IMG/VR virus record: IMGVR_UViG_3300016457_000282
Location: 64,001 to 128,000 of that record
Direction: 5' to 3' (one strand)
DNA: 64,000 nucleotides
DNA from: a virus
The translations under genes and the position numbers were made by a program. The notes beneath the pieces were generated by a model. It worked only from the letters and a program-made list of their open reading frames with translations. It was not told the DNA's origin and did not search any database. Below, one piece after another: positions 28,096-37,664 of the stretch (position 1 is the first letter of the stretch; every line of letters begins with the position of its first letter).

Positions 28096-28602
28096 TTACA
28101 ACGAGTCTTGCATTAAGAAAACATATCTCTTGGACTTACCGAACTTAAGAGCGTCTTCTTTACGCCACATGAATACATCAACGTGTGGTCCTTTTACTTT
28201 TGGAGACATTAGATCTCCAATGATTTTGACTCCAATTCCTTCAATATAAACTTTTCGACCCGGCGACCAACCTTGGCGCAGTAAGTCTCGAGAAATAGCA
28301 ACGTACTTAGGATGAACTCTTTTGAGAAAAGCAGTGGTATAGGGAGTAGAGTCGCATTCACGAATGGAGGGCGAATATGCAGTAACAGTAGCGATGACAT
28401 AGTTCTTGTACTTCAGGGATTTGAGCTCTACTGTGAGGGAACTTACTTGCTTGGTTAAATCAGAGATGATCTCTTGTTGTCGAGCAATGATATAGTCGTA
28501 CTGAGAAAATTTGTCGCTAATGTATTTACCTGCTGTAAATGAAGTAAGAGCAGCAAGACAGATAGTACTACCTGCAAAGAGTTGAGCTAATCTTCTGTTC
28601 AT
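28096..28602 (-). CDS. 3D-domain cell-wall hydrolase with N-terminal anchor and coiled coil
   Basis: VTAYS....CDS.P..TA, AISRDL, D.M ... VDVF. Confidence 0.85.
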   Translation of the reverse strand: MNRRLAQLFAGSTICLAALTSFTAGKYISDKFSQYDYIIARQQEIISDLTKQVSSLTVELKSLKYKNYVIATVTAYSPSIRECDSTPYTTAFLKRVHPKYVAISRDLLRQGWSPGRKVYIEGIGVKIIGDLMSPKVKGPHVDVFMWRKEDALKFGKSKRYVFLMQDSL

Positions 28603-28811
28603 GAAGCCTCTGCTAGTAAATACTTTAACGGACGACCTGTCTTATACTCAACGATCTGGTCCGGAGAAGCAAATTTGAAATAAGGACACTTTATACACGT
28701 CCAGCCCAATGCGTTGAGCTGGGCCGCTTTCGTTAGACATTTATCGTAAAGCGGACAACTTATCCACTTCTTACAAACTGCCTTGGGTTTATTTATCATT
28801 TTAGGGTTCAT
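28599..28811 (-). CDS. Small Cys-rich protein
   Basis: C....C..Y..CL..A......W.C..C. Confidence 0.6.
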   Translation of the reverse strand: MNPKMINKPKAVCKKWISCPLYDKCLTKAAQLNALGWTCIKCPYFKFASPDQIVEYKTGRPLKYLLAEAS

Positions 28812-29232
28812 AATCACTAATCAGTATAGTTGTTAAGATAAGTAGACAGACATTCCACAAGATAGTTTGAGTCGCTAAGTATTCACGAGGTAGAATACTC
28901 AATACTTCTACTTCCTCAGAAGGCCGCATTGAATAAGGTTCAGGAGCACCGCTAGCTCCTTGTGCCAGAGCTCCTAGTACGTTAGATAACCGATTAACAG
29001 GTTCAGACATTAATGAACACACTTGCGCCGTTTGTCTACGAGCTGTCATTAACAGCGTAGCAACCAAAACTCTCGGTTTTTCACAGAGATACTCGACCGT
29101 CTGTTCAAACCTAGCCAAGTCTCCTTCTAGAAATGACATTATTCGTCGCTGCAAATCTATAAACTCTTGAAAGAGTACTGTCTTCTCAATCCCTACTGCT
29201 TCAGCTAAACTATCACGTTCGTGATCAAACAT
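28801..29232 (-). CDS. Hypothetical protein
   Basis: AAGGAGGT RBS. Confidence 0.65.
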   Translation of the reverse strand: MFDHERDSLAEAVGIEKTVLFQEFIDLQRRIMSFLEGDLARFEQTVEYLCEKPRVLVATLLMTARRQTAQVCSLMSEPVNRLSNVLGALAQGASGAPEPYSMRPSEEVEVLSILPREYLATQTILWNVCLLILTTILISDYEP

Positions 29233-29257
29233 CGTTTTGACCTCCTTACACAAAAGG

Positions 29258-29509
29258 TTACTGAGCGTCTATACGTTGTCTTACTTGATCCAAAATGTTC
29301 TCTATTACTCGTTCTACTTCAACATAGTCTCCTTCATCTAAAGAGATGAGATCCTCTTTAGTCAGAGTAATTTTGTACTCGTCTTCTAAAGGAAGATCTC
29401 GCAAACTTAACTCACACAAACAATCTGACGCTGGCGAGCTAACTATACTGCCGTTACTATTACGATACATTCGAGCGCCGCACTTACGGCAAGTTCCTAG
29501 AAATTTCAC
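29258..29509 (-). CDS. Hypothetical Zn-ribbon protein
   Basis: CxxCG; AGGAGG RBS. Confidence 0.65.
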   Translation of the reverse strand: MKFLGTCRKCGARMYRNSNGSIVSSPASDCLCELSLRDLPLEDEYKITLTKEDLISLDEGDYVEVERVIENILDQVRQRIDAQ

Positions 29510-29529
29510 TTCTTGATTCCTCCTTTCAC

Positions 29530-30675
29530 TTAATCAATATAGTAAACAGTACCAAAAGGTACTCGTATGTCTAACGTTTGGAAAGTTCTAACTACAATCC
29601 AAATCACAGAGTAAGTAGGTGTCTTTTGAGGAAAGGTACCAAAAGTGTCTGTAAAGTATACGAACAAGTCAGGTTTCAGTTTTCTCTTCTCAACATCTTC
29701 AAAAGGCGGTGCTAGACTAGTACCTCCACCTCCTCTCAAGTTCGCAACCAGCTCGTCATACGACGGGTTATGTAATACAGCGTGAATATCAGCATCTATC
29801 ACATAAACCCAATGTTCTGAAACTAACTTCTCAACTCGTTGATATTCAGCACAGAATTTCGAAAGTTCTTGTTGCGAAATACTACCTGAGGTATCAAAAG
29901 CCGTAACGAGATTAAACTCCTTCTTGTAGTTACCAGCTAAACGAACGTCGCAAGCGATTTGGTAGTACGGTAACTTCGTATAGGTTGGTGTAGCAACTTT
30001 CTTTCCTATGAAAGACAAAATCCTAGCCGCGATTACTCGCTCCCAAGGAACTTGAGACTTATAACCTTGGTCAATCTCACGCAGCACGTCGGCAGAAACA
30101 CTACCTTGGGACTTGAGATGATTCCCAAACTCATATAATGATCCAGTACTTATCGGCAGAGGTTCAGTAAAGTGCTTAGGGGGTCTGATACCATCTACAG
30201 TAAGCGGTACTAATCGTATTGTCTTGCCGCCAAACTTAAACTCGGTTTTTCCTTCCTTTTTAGTCTTATCTACTAAGCGTTGTAACTCTCGATAAATCAA
30301 CTCGGCAGGCCCATCAGGAATATCTCGAAACAGTATAAACCTATGTTGTTCAACCCAATTCACAGACTCAAGCTCGAGGACAGTAGTTAATAAGTTGTTT
30401 ACAACATGGTCAATAGCTAGTCCCCAAAGGACTCGATCTTTTCCAGCACCTCTTCTAATGTGGTTGAATATGTAGTGTAGCAGTTCGTGACAGTACACAA
30501 ACAACTGAGTTTGATAATCTTCTTCTTCAGATATTACAATGTGACTATCTCGAACCAGACAACCGCCTATTTCACTAGGCAACTTATCGAAGTAGATCGG
30601 AATTTGTAATGCAGCAGATGTTCCTACCTTTCGATAAGCATCAATTCTTAGTTTTGTATCCTTTTGTTTCTTCAT
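29530..30675 (-). CDS. Metallopeptidase-VWA protein (DUF2201-like), MoxR partner
   Basis: HELLH, A.D..VN, MIDAS DTSGS, GGGGT, FTD. Confidence 0.88.
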   Translation of the reverse strand: MKKQKDTKLRIDAYRKVGTSAALQIPIYFDKLPSEIGGCLVRDSHIVISEEEDYQTQLFVYCHELLHYIFNHIRRGAGKDRVLWGLAIDHVVNNLLTTVLELESVNWVEQHRFILFRDIPDGPAELIYRELQRLVDKTKKEGKTEFKFGGKTIRLVPLTVDGIRPPKHFTEPLPISTGSLYEFGNHLKSQGSVSADVLREIDQGYKSQVPWERVIAARILSFIGKKVATPTYTKLPYYQIACDVRLAGNYKKEFNLVTAFDTSGSISQQELSKFCAEYQRVEKLVSEHWVYVIDADIHAVLHNPSYDELVANLRGGGGTSLAPPFEDVEKRKLKPDLFVYFTDTFGTFPQKTPTYSVIWIVVRTFQTLDIRVPFGTVYYID

Positions 30676-30676
30676 T

Positions 30677-31666
30677 TTACTCTCCTAAAATAGCTGCTAG
30701 TTCATCTACAATTTCTTTCATGTGTCTATTACGATACAGGAACTTGACCTGATCGGGAAATCGAGTGAGAACTAGTCTGAAGTAACAAGCTCGAGCGTCC
30801 GGAGTCAACTTCTTAATTGTCACAAGTATGCGGTCTGTGGGCTTGTATGACGATAGAAAGGCTGCCGCGGCTACTTGATCTTTCAAATCAGCGTCAGTGA
30901 AATCTTTCGACAAAAGATCATTGAGAGACTGATTCAGAAAAGGCCAAGCATCTACTATTTTGGATCCAGCATCGATTCCTACTACACCTGGAGCCACTTC
31001 AATTGAGAATCCTGCCTTAAGTGCCTTATCTAAAGAAAACCAAGCTCGAGGCGATGGAAACTTCTGACTCGTTCCTGGATCAGGCGTATATAAGTAGTCT
31101 GTTCCATAAGAAGACAAGAATGTAATAATTCTATTATCAAGACCTTGAGAAATCGCATACTTTACGAAGTCTTCTAGAGTAGGAGTGTACCCGACGAAAA
31201 GGTCGAACCTATCCATAATAGGCGCCATTATCTCAGAGGCGCTAGCTGACGCCAGACCAATATTTCCAGCTGCAACGAACCTGGTCGACTCTGGAACTGT
31301 ATGTCCATGCAGTCTTCTGCACAATAGTAACTCATATAAAGGGCTTTGATTGTATTCACGAACTAAATGAATGTCGTCGAAAAACAGAGCCGTGTTTTCC
31401 TTTTCTGGTAGCCAATCAGGCCGAGACCAAACAGTCCTTCTCTCAACTAGCCAAGGAATGCCTTTAGCCTCACCTGGCTCCATTAAATAGAGTCGTACCT
31501 CAGTCGGTGTCAGTACAGCAAACGATTCTGAGACTTCACTTATAGCTTGGAAGAAAATTTCGCTCTTCCCAATACCTGGCGCCCCTGAGGCCAAAACAGA
31601 TAAATTGTTTCGCAGACACTTTACTAGTACTTCTTTTAACGCGTAACTTCCTTCGATTCTATACAT
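30677..31666 (-). CDS. MoxR-like AAA+ ATPase
   Basis: Walker A GAPGIGKS, Walker B LFFDD, AAGN, DRF, SPR.W. Confidence 0.9.
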   Translation of the reverse strand: MYRIEGSYALKEVLVKCLRNNLSVLASGAPGIGKSEIFFQAISEVSESFAVLTPTEVRLYLMEPGEAKGIPWLVERRTVWSRPDWLPEKENTALFFDDIHLVREYNQSPLYELLLCRRLHGHTVPESTRFVAAGNIGLASASASEIMAPIMDRFDLFVGYTPTLEDFVKYAISQGLDNRIITFLSSYGTDYLYTPDPGTSQKFPSPRAWFSLDKALKAGFSIEVAPGVVGIDAGSKIVDAWPFLNQSLNDLLSKDFTDADLKDQVAAAAFLSSYKPTDRILVTIKKLTPDARACYFRLVLTRFPDQVKFLYRNRHMKEIVDELAAILGE

Positions 31667-31682
31667 AATAGCACACTCCTCC

Positions 31683-32018
31683 TTAATCTTGTTTAACTAT
31701 CGGTGTTTCACGTAACCAAGCAATTAGATCAGCTTCAGACGCAAACCAATAAAACTGGTCTCCAACTAACATTCTCTCTTGAATGAACCTGATCAACTCT
31801 TCTGGACTAGAAGCACCCATACTTTCACGGTCCATGCCTCTATCGAGATAGGCCGAAAACCAACTGTACGCTCGTTCTCTACCAGCAGCGTCGTAAGGTC
31901 CTTTGAGGATTCTGTAGGACGGCGAGTAGAAACAAACCCACAACAACACACCTTTGTTTTCTTCTAAAACAGTTCGTAACTTATCTAATGTAATAACCTC
32001 TGAACGAACTACTTGCAT
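31683..32018 (-). CDS. Hypothetical protein
   Basis: GGAGG RBS. Confidence 0.65.
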   Translation of the reverse strand: MQVVRSEVITLDKLRTVLEENKGVLLWVCFYSPSYRILKGPYDAAGRERAYSWFSAYLDRGMDRESMGASSPEELIRFIQERMLVGDQFYWFASEADLIAWLRETPIVKQD

Positions 32019-32049
32019 CGCGAGCCTCCTGTACAAAAAGTTGTAGTTC

Positions 32050-32367
32050 TTAATAACTTCGACCGTATGTATTGTTTTTCACATCTGTAGTGTCGTACGC
32101 TAATCGTACTTCCCAACCTCGTTTGTCGTATAGCTCAATTACTTTTCTGCAACATTCAACTAGAGTTCGACCAATACAGTAGAGAGTAGAAGGATCTAAC
32201 CACAACAACTTACGATGAGGGTCAATCGCCATGAAATACTCTTGATCGTACTTCCTTTCTTCATTGTACTCTACAGCACCGGTACCAATGTCGTCAACGT
32301 CAAGTAGTACTAGTTCTCCAGTCTCGATCAGATTATCAACTACACGACGAGCGGCGTCGGTTAACAT
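32050..32367 (-). CDS. Hypothetical protein
   Basis: GGAG RBS. Confidence 0.65.
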   Translation of the reverse strand: MLTDAARRVVDNLIETGELVLLDVDDIGTGAVEYNEERKYDQEYFMAIDPHRKLLWLDPSTLYCIGRTLVECCRKVIELYDKRGWEVRLAYDTTDVKNNTYGRSY

Positions 32368-32467
32368 CGCTCCATCGAAAGTCCTCTCAACTTCCTAAAT
32401 CCCTATAGGCTGAATTATTGCCATCGCCGAACGAGTTCCCATATTCCTACTACCTTATTTACTAGGA

Positions 32468-32782
32468 CTATGAACAAGTAACATTTTTTCTAAAAAATTT
32501 TTCTAAAAAATAAAAAAAAGAGCACATAACAAACGCACATTCTGTCAAAACCAACAAACTGTATACTACACATACAAATATCAGTAAATTCACTTTTTTG
32601 TCTAAACAACACAACAGTCCTACGGTATAAGCCAACAGCACTTTCACTACAATCAACAGTCTAGGTGAATTCTCTAACAACGGTCTCACAAGCGGATTAG
32701 CTTCCCCACATCCTAAGTACATAGTTAATACTACATCGAGTACCTGAAGCAGCATTAACAACATTGTTAATTGCAAGTACAT
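32468..32782 (-). CDS. DUF5658-like membrane protein
   Basis: D...T.....G.GEANP with hydrophobic helices. Confidence 0.65.
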   Translation of the reverse strand: MYLQLTMLLMLLQVLDVVLTMYLGCGEANPLVRPLLENSPRLLIVVKVLLAYTVGLLCCLDKKVNLLIFVCVVYSLLVLTECAFVMCSFFYFLEKFFRKNVTCS

Positions 32783-32838
32783 GTTGACAATCCGTTGATC
32801 AGCATCTATACTTAGGAAAAAACAAAAAGAGGTAAATA

Positions 32839-33000
32839 ATGGCACTAAGACAACCACCAAGACCGCGTGATGGTAGAGGCCGAGGTAGAGGCGTTTCGGG
32901 AGGACAACGACAAGGTCGTAATAGAGGTCCTTGTAAATTTGGAGGACCTGGTTTCGGAATGGGAGGCGGTCGCGGGAAAGGTGCTGGTAGAACTCGCTAG
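32839..33000 (+). CDS. 53 aa Gly/Arg-rich microprotein (not in the ORF track)
   Basis: GAGGT RBS; MALRQPPRPRDGRGRGRGVSGGQRQGRNRGPCKFGGPGFGMGGGRGKGAGRTR. Confidence 0.65.
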   Translation: MALRQPPRPRDGRGRGRGVSGGQRQGRNRGPCKFGGPGFGMGGGRGKGAGRTR

Positions 33001-33179
33001 TCGTATTTACTCAACGACGCTGCACACTCTTCACAGTATTCGCCGATCCAAAACTCGTTCAATGCCTTAGAGTAGCTAAAGTCAGAGTAGTCACAAGACA
33101 CTACCTCGAACTCTCTACAAGCGATCAGAGCAAGCTCTCTGCCGCACTTTCTACAACAAATTGTAATGTAGTCCTTCAC
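32997..33179 (-). CDS. Small Zn-finger protein
   Basis: Two CxxC pairs; GGAG RBS. Confidence 0.6.
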   Translation of the reverse strand: MKDYITICCRKCGRELALIACREFEVVSCDYSDFSYSKALNEFWIGEYCEECAASLSKYD

Positions 33180-33188
33180 GACTTACTC

Positions 33189-33677
33189 CTAAAGTGTTTT
33201 GATTGAGGACAACTCCTCAGTCAAAGCATCTTCAGTGTTAACAGGCAGCATCAAGCTGTAAGCGCCCCAAGAACGCTCAGTTTCATACAGAGTCGTGCAC
33301 AAAGACGCAATAGCCTCAAAAGTAGGCTGTGAGAGAGTATTCTTTAACGCAAAGTACATCTTAACGGTACTAAGATAGGTTAAGTATTCAACTGTAGGAT
33401 CTATAGGTAGTATTACCGTTCCTTTTTTATCAGTACTAGCATCACTTGTCAAGAACTTGTGATCGAAAAAGTCCTCAACTTCTCTTTTGAGGAGTTGTTT
33501 TAACACTGAAAAATCAACGAGCATTCCTCTAAATTCGTGCGGCTCTTGAGTAGTTGTAATCGAAAATTCACCTTTGTACGTGTGTCCATGAACTCGAGAA
33601 CACGGATGTCCTTCTGGTACAGTCTCGCTCAATCGATGAGCGGCATTAAACGAGAACTTTCTTGCGATTGTTAACAT
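33189..33677 (-). CDS. queD: 6-carboxytetrahydropterin synthase
   Basis: F.AAHRL, C.R.HGHTY, DF..LK, DH, PT.E, ET. Confidence 0.9.
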   Translation of the reverse strand: MLTIARKFSFNAAHRLSETVPEGHPCSRVHGHTYKGEFSITTTQEPHEFRGMLVDFSVLKQLLKREVEDFFDHKFLTSDASTDKKGTVILPIDPTVEYLTYLSTVKMYFALKNTLSQPTFEAIASLCTTLYETERSWGAYSLMLPVNTEDALTEELSSIKTL

Positions 33678-33678
33678 G

Positions 33679-34056
33679 TCATACCTCCTGATCAATATTT
33701 TCGCCTACTAAGATCCTTACATTAGGATCGCCGTTCCAGCGATAAGGAATGTGATAAGCATCGAGTTTTTCGCATAATTTCTTTCCTACTTCTTTAGTTG
33801 ACAATCCTATTGTACCATATTTTTGAGTAACACAAGGTCCATAAGCAATGTACATTCGACTATGATTTCTAAGACTCTCCTCATCTTGCCGAGTCCAAAA
33901 GATAGCTCCTTTAACTTCCTTTCCTTTCTCATAAAGTTTTTCAGCTCTACAAGCAAGCTCTGATCCTGCGCAATTTCGACAACACATAAAATTGGCTCGA
34001 GCGAGGAATCCTTCTTTACGCAACTCTTTGAAAACTTCGATCAAACGACTTCTCAT
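33679..34056 (-). CDS. DUF6891-like protein
   Basis: F..L...G.LAR.NF.CC..C ... W.G. Confidence 0.6.
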   Translation of the reverse strand: MRSRLIEVFKELRKEGFLARANFMCCRNCAGSELACRAEKLYEKGKEVKGAIFWTRQDEESLRNHSRMYIAYGPCVTQKYGTIGLSTKEVGKKLCEKLDAYHIPYRWNGDPNVRILVGENIDQEV

Positions 34057-34434
34057 ACTTCTATCTCCTTTTTCTACAAGTTACTAATCTTCTTACACAA
34101 CTCTTGAAATTGACTTTGGGTCAACAAAATCCCGCATAGTCCAAATTAACGTAGTCAAAGGCTTTAGTTTGTGCGTCGTTGAAACTCTTAGCGGTAATCT
34201 CAAACACATCAACTCTGTGATTGTCACCAGGTAGGTAACGAATCACAACATAGACTTCTTCTTTTCTCTTAAACTCAGTCATCATTTACTCCTTTACTAA
34301 GTACTTAACAGTTACACATAAAATCAATAAACCTATAAAGTTCGCTACAGGAAACCATGAACCATCACTACTAATCAAACATATACTACCGCCAAATATT
34401 AATCCTTTTAGGAAGTTCATAATACACTCCTTTC

Positions 34435-35064
34435 TTAACACCAATCCTTACGTAATTCTTCGTACTCACGATGTAAAATTTGTAGAATCTGTTTTGGTCC
34501 TTTAGACGGAACTTTCTTTTGCCAGTACAAGTACATATCGCAACTAAACTTCTTTACGAGATACCTTCCATTTCTTGTAACATAATTGGATATGTACAAC
34601 TCATTTCCAGTCTCTTCAGACACAATTGAAAGATAGTAGTGAACATACTTTCTGCCAAATGCCAGCACGGGGTCTGAGCGACGGAATATAAGTCCAGGAA
34701 TGACAGAAGGTTTAGTAACAGGCGACTGTTTGATACGCTCGTATTTTGCTTTAGCTTCACGACGTTTTTCTTCCTCAAGCTTCTTTCGTTTTTCTTCTTC
34801 GGCTCTGAGGTAAGCATCGATTTCCTGAATGTCTTTTGTTATTACTTCTTCTACTTTCTCAGGACACTTGAGAACGTAATCACTAATACTGGCTCCTGTG
34901 CTGCTCGAAGAGAAGTAAGAAGTAACAATAGACAAGTCGTCTGAGACGTAACGCAGAACAGGCTTGTCTTGATGTTCTATTTTCACTAGAGCTAATGAGA
35001 GATCAACTACTTTCTTGTCTAACCATACCTTCGCCGCAATTACAGAACCTTGTCTTAGTTGCAT
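34435..35064 (-). CDS. Hypothetical protein
   Basis: AAGGAG RBS; central charged coiled coil. Confidence 0.7.
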   Translation of the reverse strand: MQLRQGSVIAAKVWLDKKVVDLSLALVKIEHQDKPVLRYVSDDLSIVTSYFSSSSTGASISDYVLKCPEKVEEVITKDIQEIDAYLRAEEEKRKKLEEEKRREAKAKYERIKQSPVTKPSVIPGLIFRRSDPVLAFGRKYVHYYLSIVSEETGNELYISNYVTRNGRYLVKKFSCDMYLYWQKKVPSKGPKQILQILHREYEELRKDWC

Positions 35065-35076
35065 ATCCAGTCTCCT

Positions 35077-35442
35077 TTACTCAATTTTTACTTCAGGATA
35101 AAGTACTACTTTCTGTGTCAATTCCCGTAAGTGAGCGTTGCCGTCTACAAACCGAATTTCGTACTCGTAGTCTGTACAGCCGAGTTCTTCTTCTAATGGC
35201 ACTAAGTACACATTACCTGACTCTCCTTTCTTCAAATACCAAACAAGCTGAGCCGCAAGGTCTGTCATTCCGTTGTAGACATTTGTCGCTCCTACAGGAA
35301 TTCCGTTAACATAGCGACGTACTTTTAGAAACTCTTGTAGCTGCTTTCCTACACCGCTCAAATATCCATCAAACAGTATGTAGATTAAACAGATAGGACG
35401 GTCGTCTTCATCGTATACAGTAACAGTAGCTTGTGTTCCCAT
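35077..35442 (-). CDS. Conserved phage protein of the MGT/MST...DGY..GVG type
   Basis: Motif read directly; GGAGGT RBS. Confidence 0.75.
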   Translation of the reverse strand: MGTQATVTVYDEDDRPICLIYILFDGYLSGVGKQLQEFLKVRRYVNGIPVGATNVYNGMTDLAAQLVWYLKKGESGNVYLVPLEEELGCTDYEYEIRFVDGNAHLRELTQKVVLYPEVKIE

Positions 35443-35533
35443 ATTTTACCTCCTCTTAATTTAGTAGTTCCGGCTGAGACCTTGTACCTTTACGACTGCG
35501 AAGTGACTAAGTAGCAAGTGAGCGTAACACTCA

Positions 35534-36496
35534 CTATGAGATAGGTCCTATAGCCGGAACCGTTTCACTTCGGTACACCATATTTAACCAACCTTTGATA
35601 CCGTTGATTTTATGTTTACTTAATGAGATCTTACCTGTCTTATTGTTGTGAAGCATAGCTCGGTACAATCTTCTAACCTTACGCGATATCGTAACTTTGT
35701 CAGAATGAACTACACAACCCAAAACTCGTAGCTTGCCTCTTCCGACTCTTAACTTAGAAGGATGAAGCTCAAGACTGATTTTGTTTAGGTAACGGTTAAT
35801 GACCTGACTCGTTTTTGAGATGGAGATTTTAGCGTCTTTAGGAAAGGACACTAGTATATCATCTGCGTAACGAGTGTATACACCGTGTAGTCTCGCAATT
35901 ACTTCTGCAATTACTAAATCAGTCTGAGAAAGCACGATATTGAACAACCGGCCCGAAGTAGGAGCTCCTTGAGGTAAACCTTTAAAGTAACAATCTCTTA
36001 TCAACATTTGTCTAACAGAAAGCGGCACATCGTGCTTTACCAGTACTGAGTCGAGAACTTTTTTTCTGATCGAAGGATAAGCATCCTTTATGTCCAGTCT
36101 TAGGAACAAGTAGTTACCTACATGCTTTTCAAGAGCATCTCGTAAAGATCTGCGTTTCTCGAACGCATAAGCGTGCGTCACTTTAGGAACCAAAATGTAG
36201 GTTAGCTTTAACCACGCTCGCTGTCTCTCCTTGAGTTGATCTGAAGGAATGTACAGAGTTCTAAAACCACCAGACCTTTTAGGGATCCTAACAGGAGTAT
36301 ACTCAACTTTAACGTCTTCGCTTAACACATTATGGTACTGTTCATACCAATCTCTCAAAGCGTGCTTACGCACTCCTAACCAAAAAGCAGAAGTGCCTTT
36401 CTCTACCAACTGTGAGTAAACAAAAGCAAAGGAAGGAGACATCTCAACTTCTTCAACATCGTTAAAGATCGACAACAGTTCGTCCAAGCTGAACAT
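35534..36496 (-). CDS. Retron-type reverse transcriptase
   Basis: IPKRSGGFR, LDIKD..PSI, LPQGAPTS, YTRYADD; retron region X-like DA..KH and region Y-like VLG. Confidence 0.9.
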   Translation of the reverse strand: MFSLDELLSIFNDVEEVEMSPSFAFVYSQLVEKGTSAFWLGVRKHALRDWYEQYHNVLSEDVKVEYTPVRIPKRSGGFRTLYIPSDQLKERQRAWLKLTYILVPKVTHAYAFEKRRSLRDALEKHVGNYLFLRLDIKDAYPSIRKKVLDSVLVKHDVPLSVRQMLIRDCYFKGLPQGAPTSGRLFNIVLSQTDLVIAEVIARLHGVYTRYADDILVSFPKDAKISISKTSQVINRYLNKISLELHPSKLRVGRGKLRVLGCVVHSDKVTISRKVRRLYRAMLHNNKTGKISLSKHKINGIKGWLNMVYRSETVPAIGPIS

Positions 36497-36539
36497 ACTA
36501 TTCCTCTTTAATAGGCGTTATATGGTTTATAGTTAGAGT

Positions 36540-36830
36540 GAGACAGTCCAACCAGTCGTGAGGGTTTACAACCAAACTAAGAGTACCTATGAAGAACTCG
36601 GCGAACTCTCGTCTTTTTCTCTTCTGAAAGTTCTTTTCACAATTTGAGAGTACAAACTTAAAGGATTCACGACAGCGACCTCTTTTGTGAAAGTTGGAGA
36701 GGTTCTATCTTGCGCAGCTTTGCCGAGACGAAGCGAGGCGAACCTGCTCAAGACTACGCACAATGGTAAGTAAATTAGTCTTGGCGTAACACCAAGCTCG
36801 CGCTTCAACCTCTCCTTAACACTAACGGAG
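36540..36830 (-). ncRNA. Candidate msr/msd-like structured RNA upstream of the RT
   Basis: Nested inverted repeats 36696-36704/36807-36815, 36712-36720/36794-36803, 36722-36729/36778-36785; internal UUCG hairpin on the minus strand. Confidence 0.6.
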
Positions 36831-36899
36831 AAACAAATATTACAGCTTTCTAATAACATAATGAATCACTAATAGCAACTTCAATGCCTGTCTGATCTG

Positions 36900-37085
36900 T
36901 TAGAATTGTTTCTGTACAATTCCTTCTTCCTCAGTTAGAGGTACAAGTGTAATTTGGTATTGTTTCACCTTAGCAGCTCCTTTTGTAAGATAAATCGTAC
37001 CTACTATCTCTTCTCCTTCCACTAAGTATCTATGATATCGTTTTGAGTCTCGATCGTACACTATCTTACCTACTATTTTTTCCAT
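36900..37085 (-). CDS. Small hypothetical protein
   Basis: AAGGAGG RBS. Confidence 0.7.
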   Translation of the reverse strand: MEKIVGKIVYDRDSKRYHRYLVEGEEIVGTIYLTKGAAKVKQYQITLVPLTEEEGIVQKQF

Positions 37086-37102
37086 GATAGCCTCCTTTCT
37101 AC

Positions 37103-37574
37103 ATTAATCTATCAATCTCGCTAAATCATTCAAATCTCCTTGAGGAATCTCTCTAGGATTTCCAAGAGAGTCGTTCCAATAGTACAGATTGACGAGTACT
37201 TCTCTTCTAATTCAAACAACTTCAACTCATACTCGGTTTGGACTTTAGGATCTCTAACTAACTCAGATTTCTTTCTCCTCAGTCGTCCTCTCTTAACTTC
37301 ACTCTTTGCTGTCAACAACAAATCTGTCAGTGCACTATTCTTCTTTATCTTCTCTCTTTTTTCTGATTACTTTCTGCTGACCACTCTGTCATCCGCGCTG
37401 ATAGAGAACGATAAGGTAACCATTCCCATTCATACCGAGTCAACTTCGTACTTAGTAAAGCTTTAGGTTTACTAGCTTTGTTAGTACTAATATACGAAGT
37501 ATACCTCTTTCCTTTCTTTTTCTCTGTTGCTCTCGCTTCACTTTTTCTAACAAATCCTTTAACTCGCTCAGCAT
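37103..37574 (-). pseudogene. Frameshifted paralog of 42180-42683
   Basis: ASKPKALL.TKL.R.EWEWLPY, ELVRDP..QT.Y.LKL.ELEEKY and YYWNDS.G.PREIP.GDL.DLARL lie in different frames. Confidence 0.85.
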
Positions 37575-37664
37575 AGTACTTCGAAAAAAAAATTAAAAAA
37601 TTTTTAAAAATTAAAAAAATGTTACTTTACAGTTAGTCATATTTTGCGAGAAAATCTGTTCAGC

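Noticed and set aside
32867-33070. 67 aa plus-strand ORF
   Set aside because: Frame shadow of the RBS-supported microprotein at 32839-33000
35534-36496. DGR or group II intron RT
   Set aside because: No adenine-variable repeat pair or avd-like gene seen, no maturase domain, and the motifs are retron-like
36587-36859. 90 aa ORF upstream of the RT as a retron effector
   Set aside because: No clear RBS and it coincides with the nested stems, so an RNA role fits better; not fully excluded
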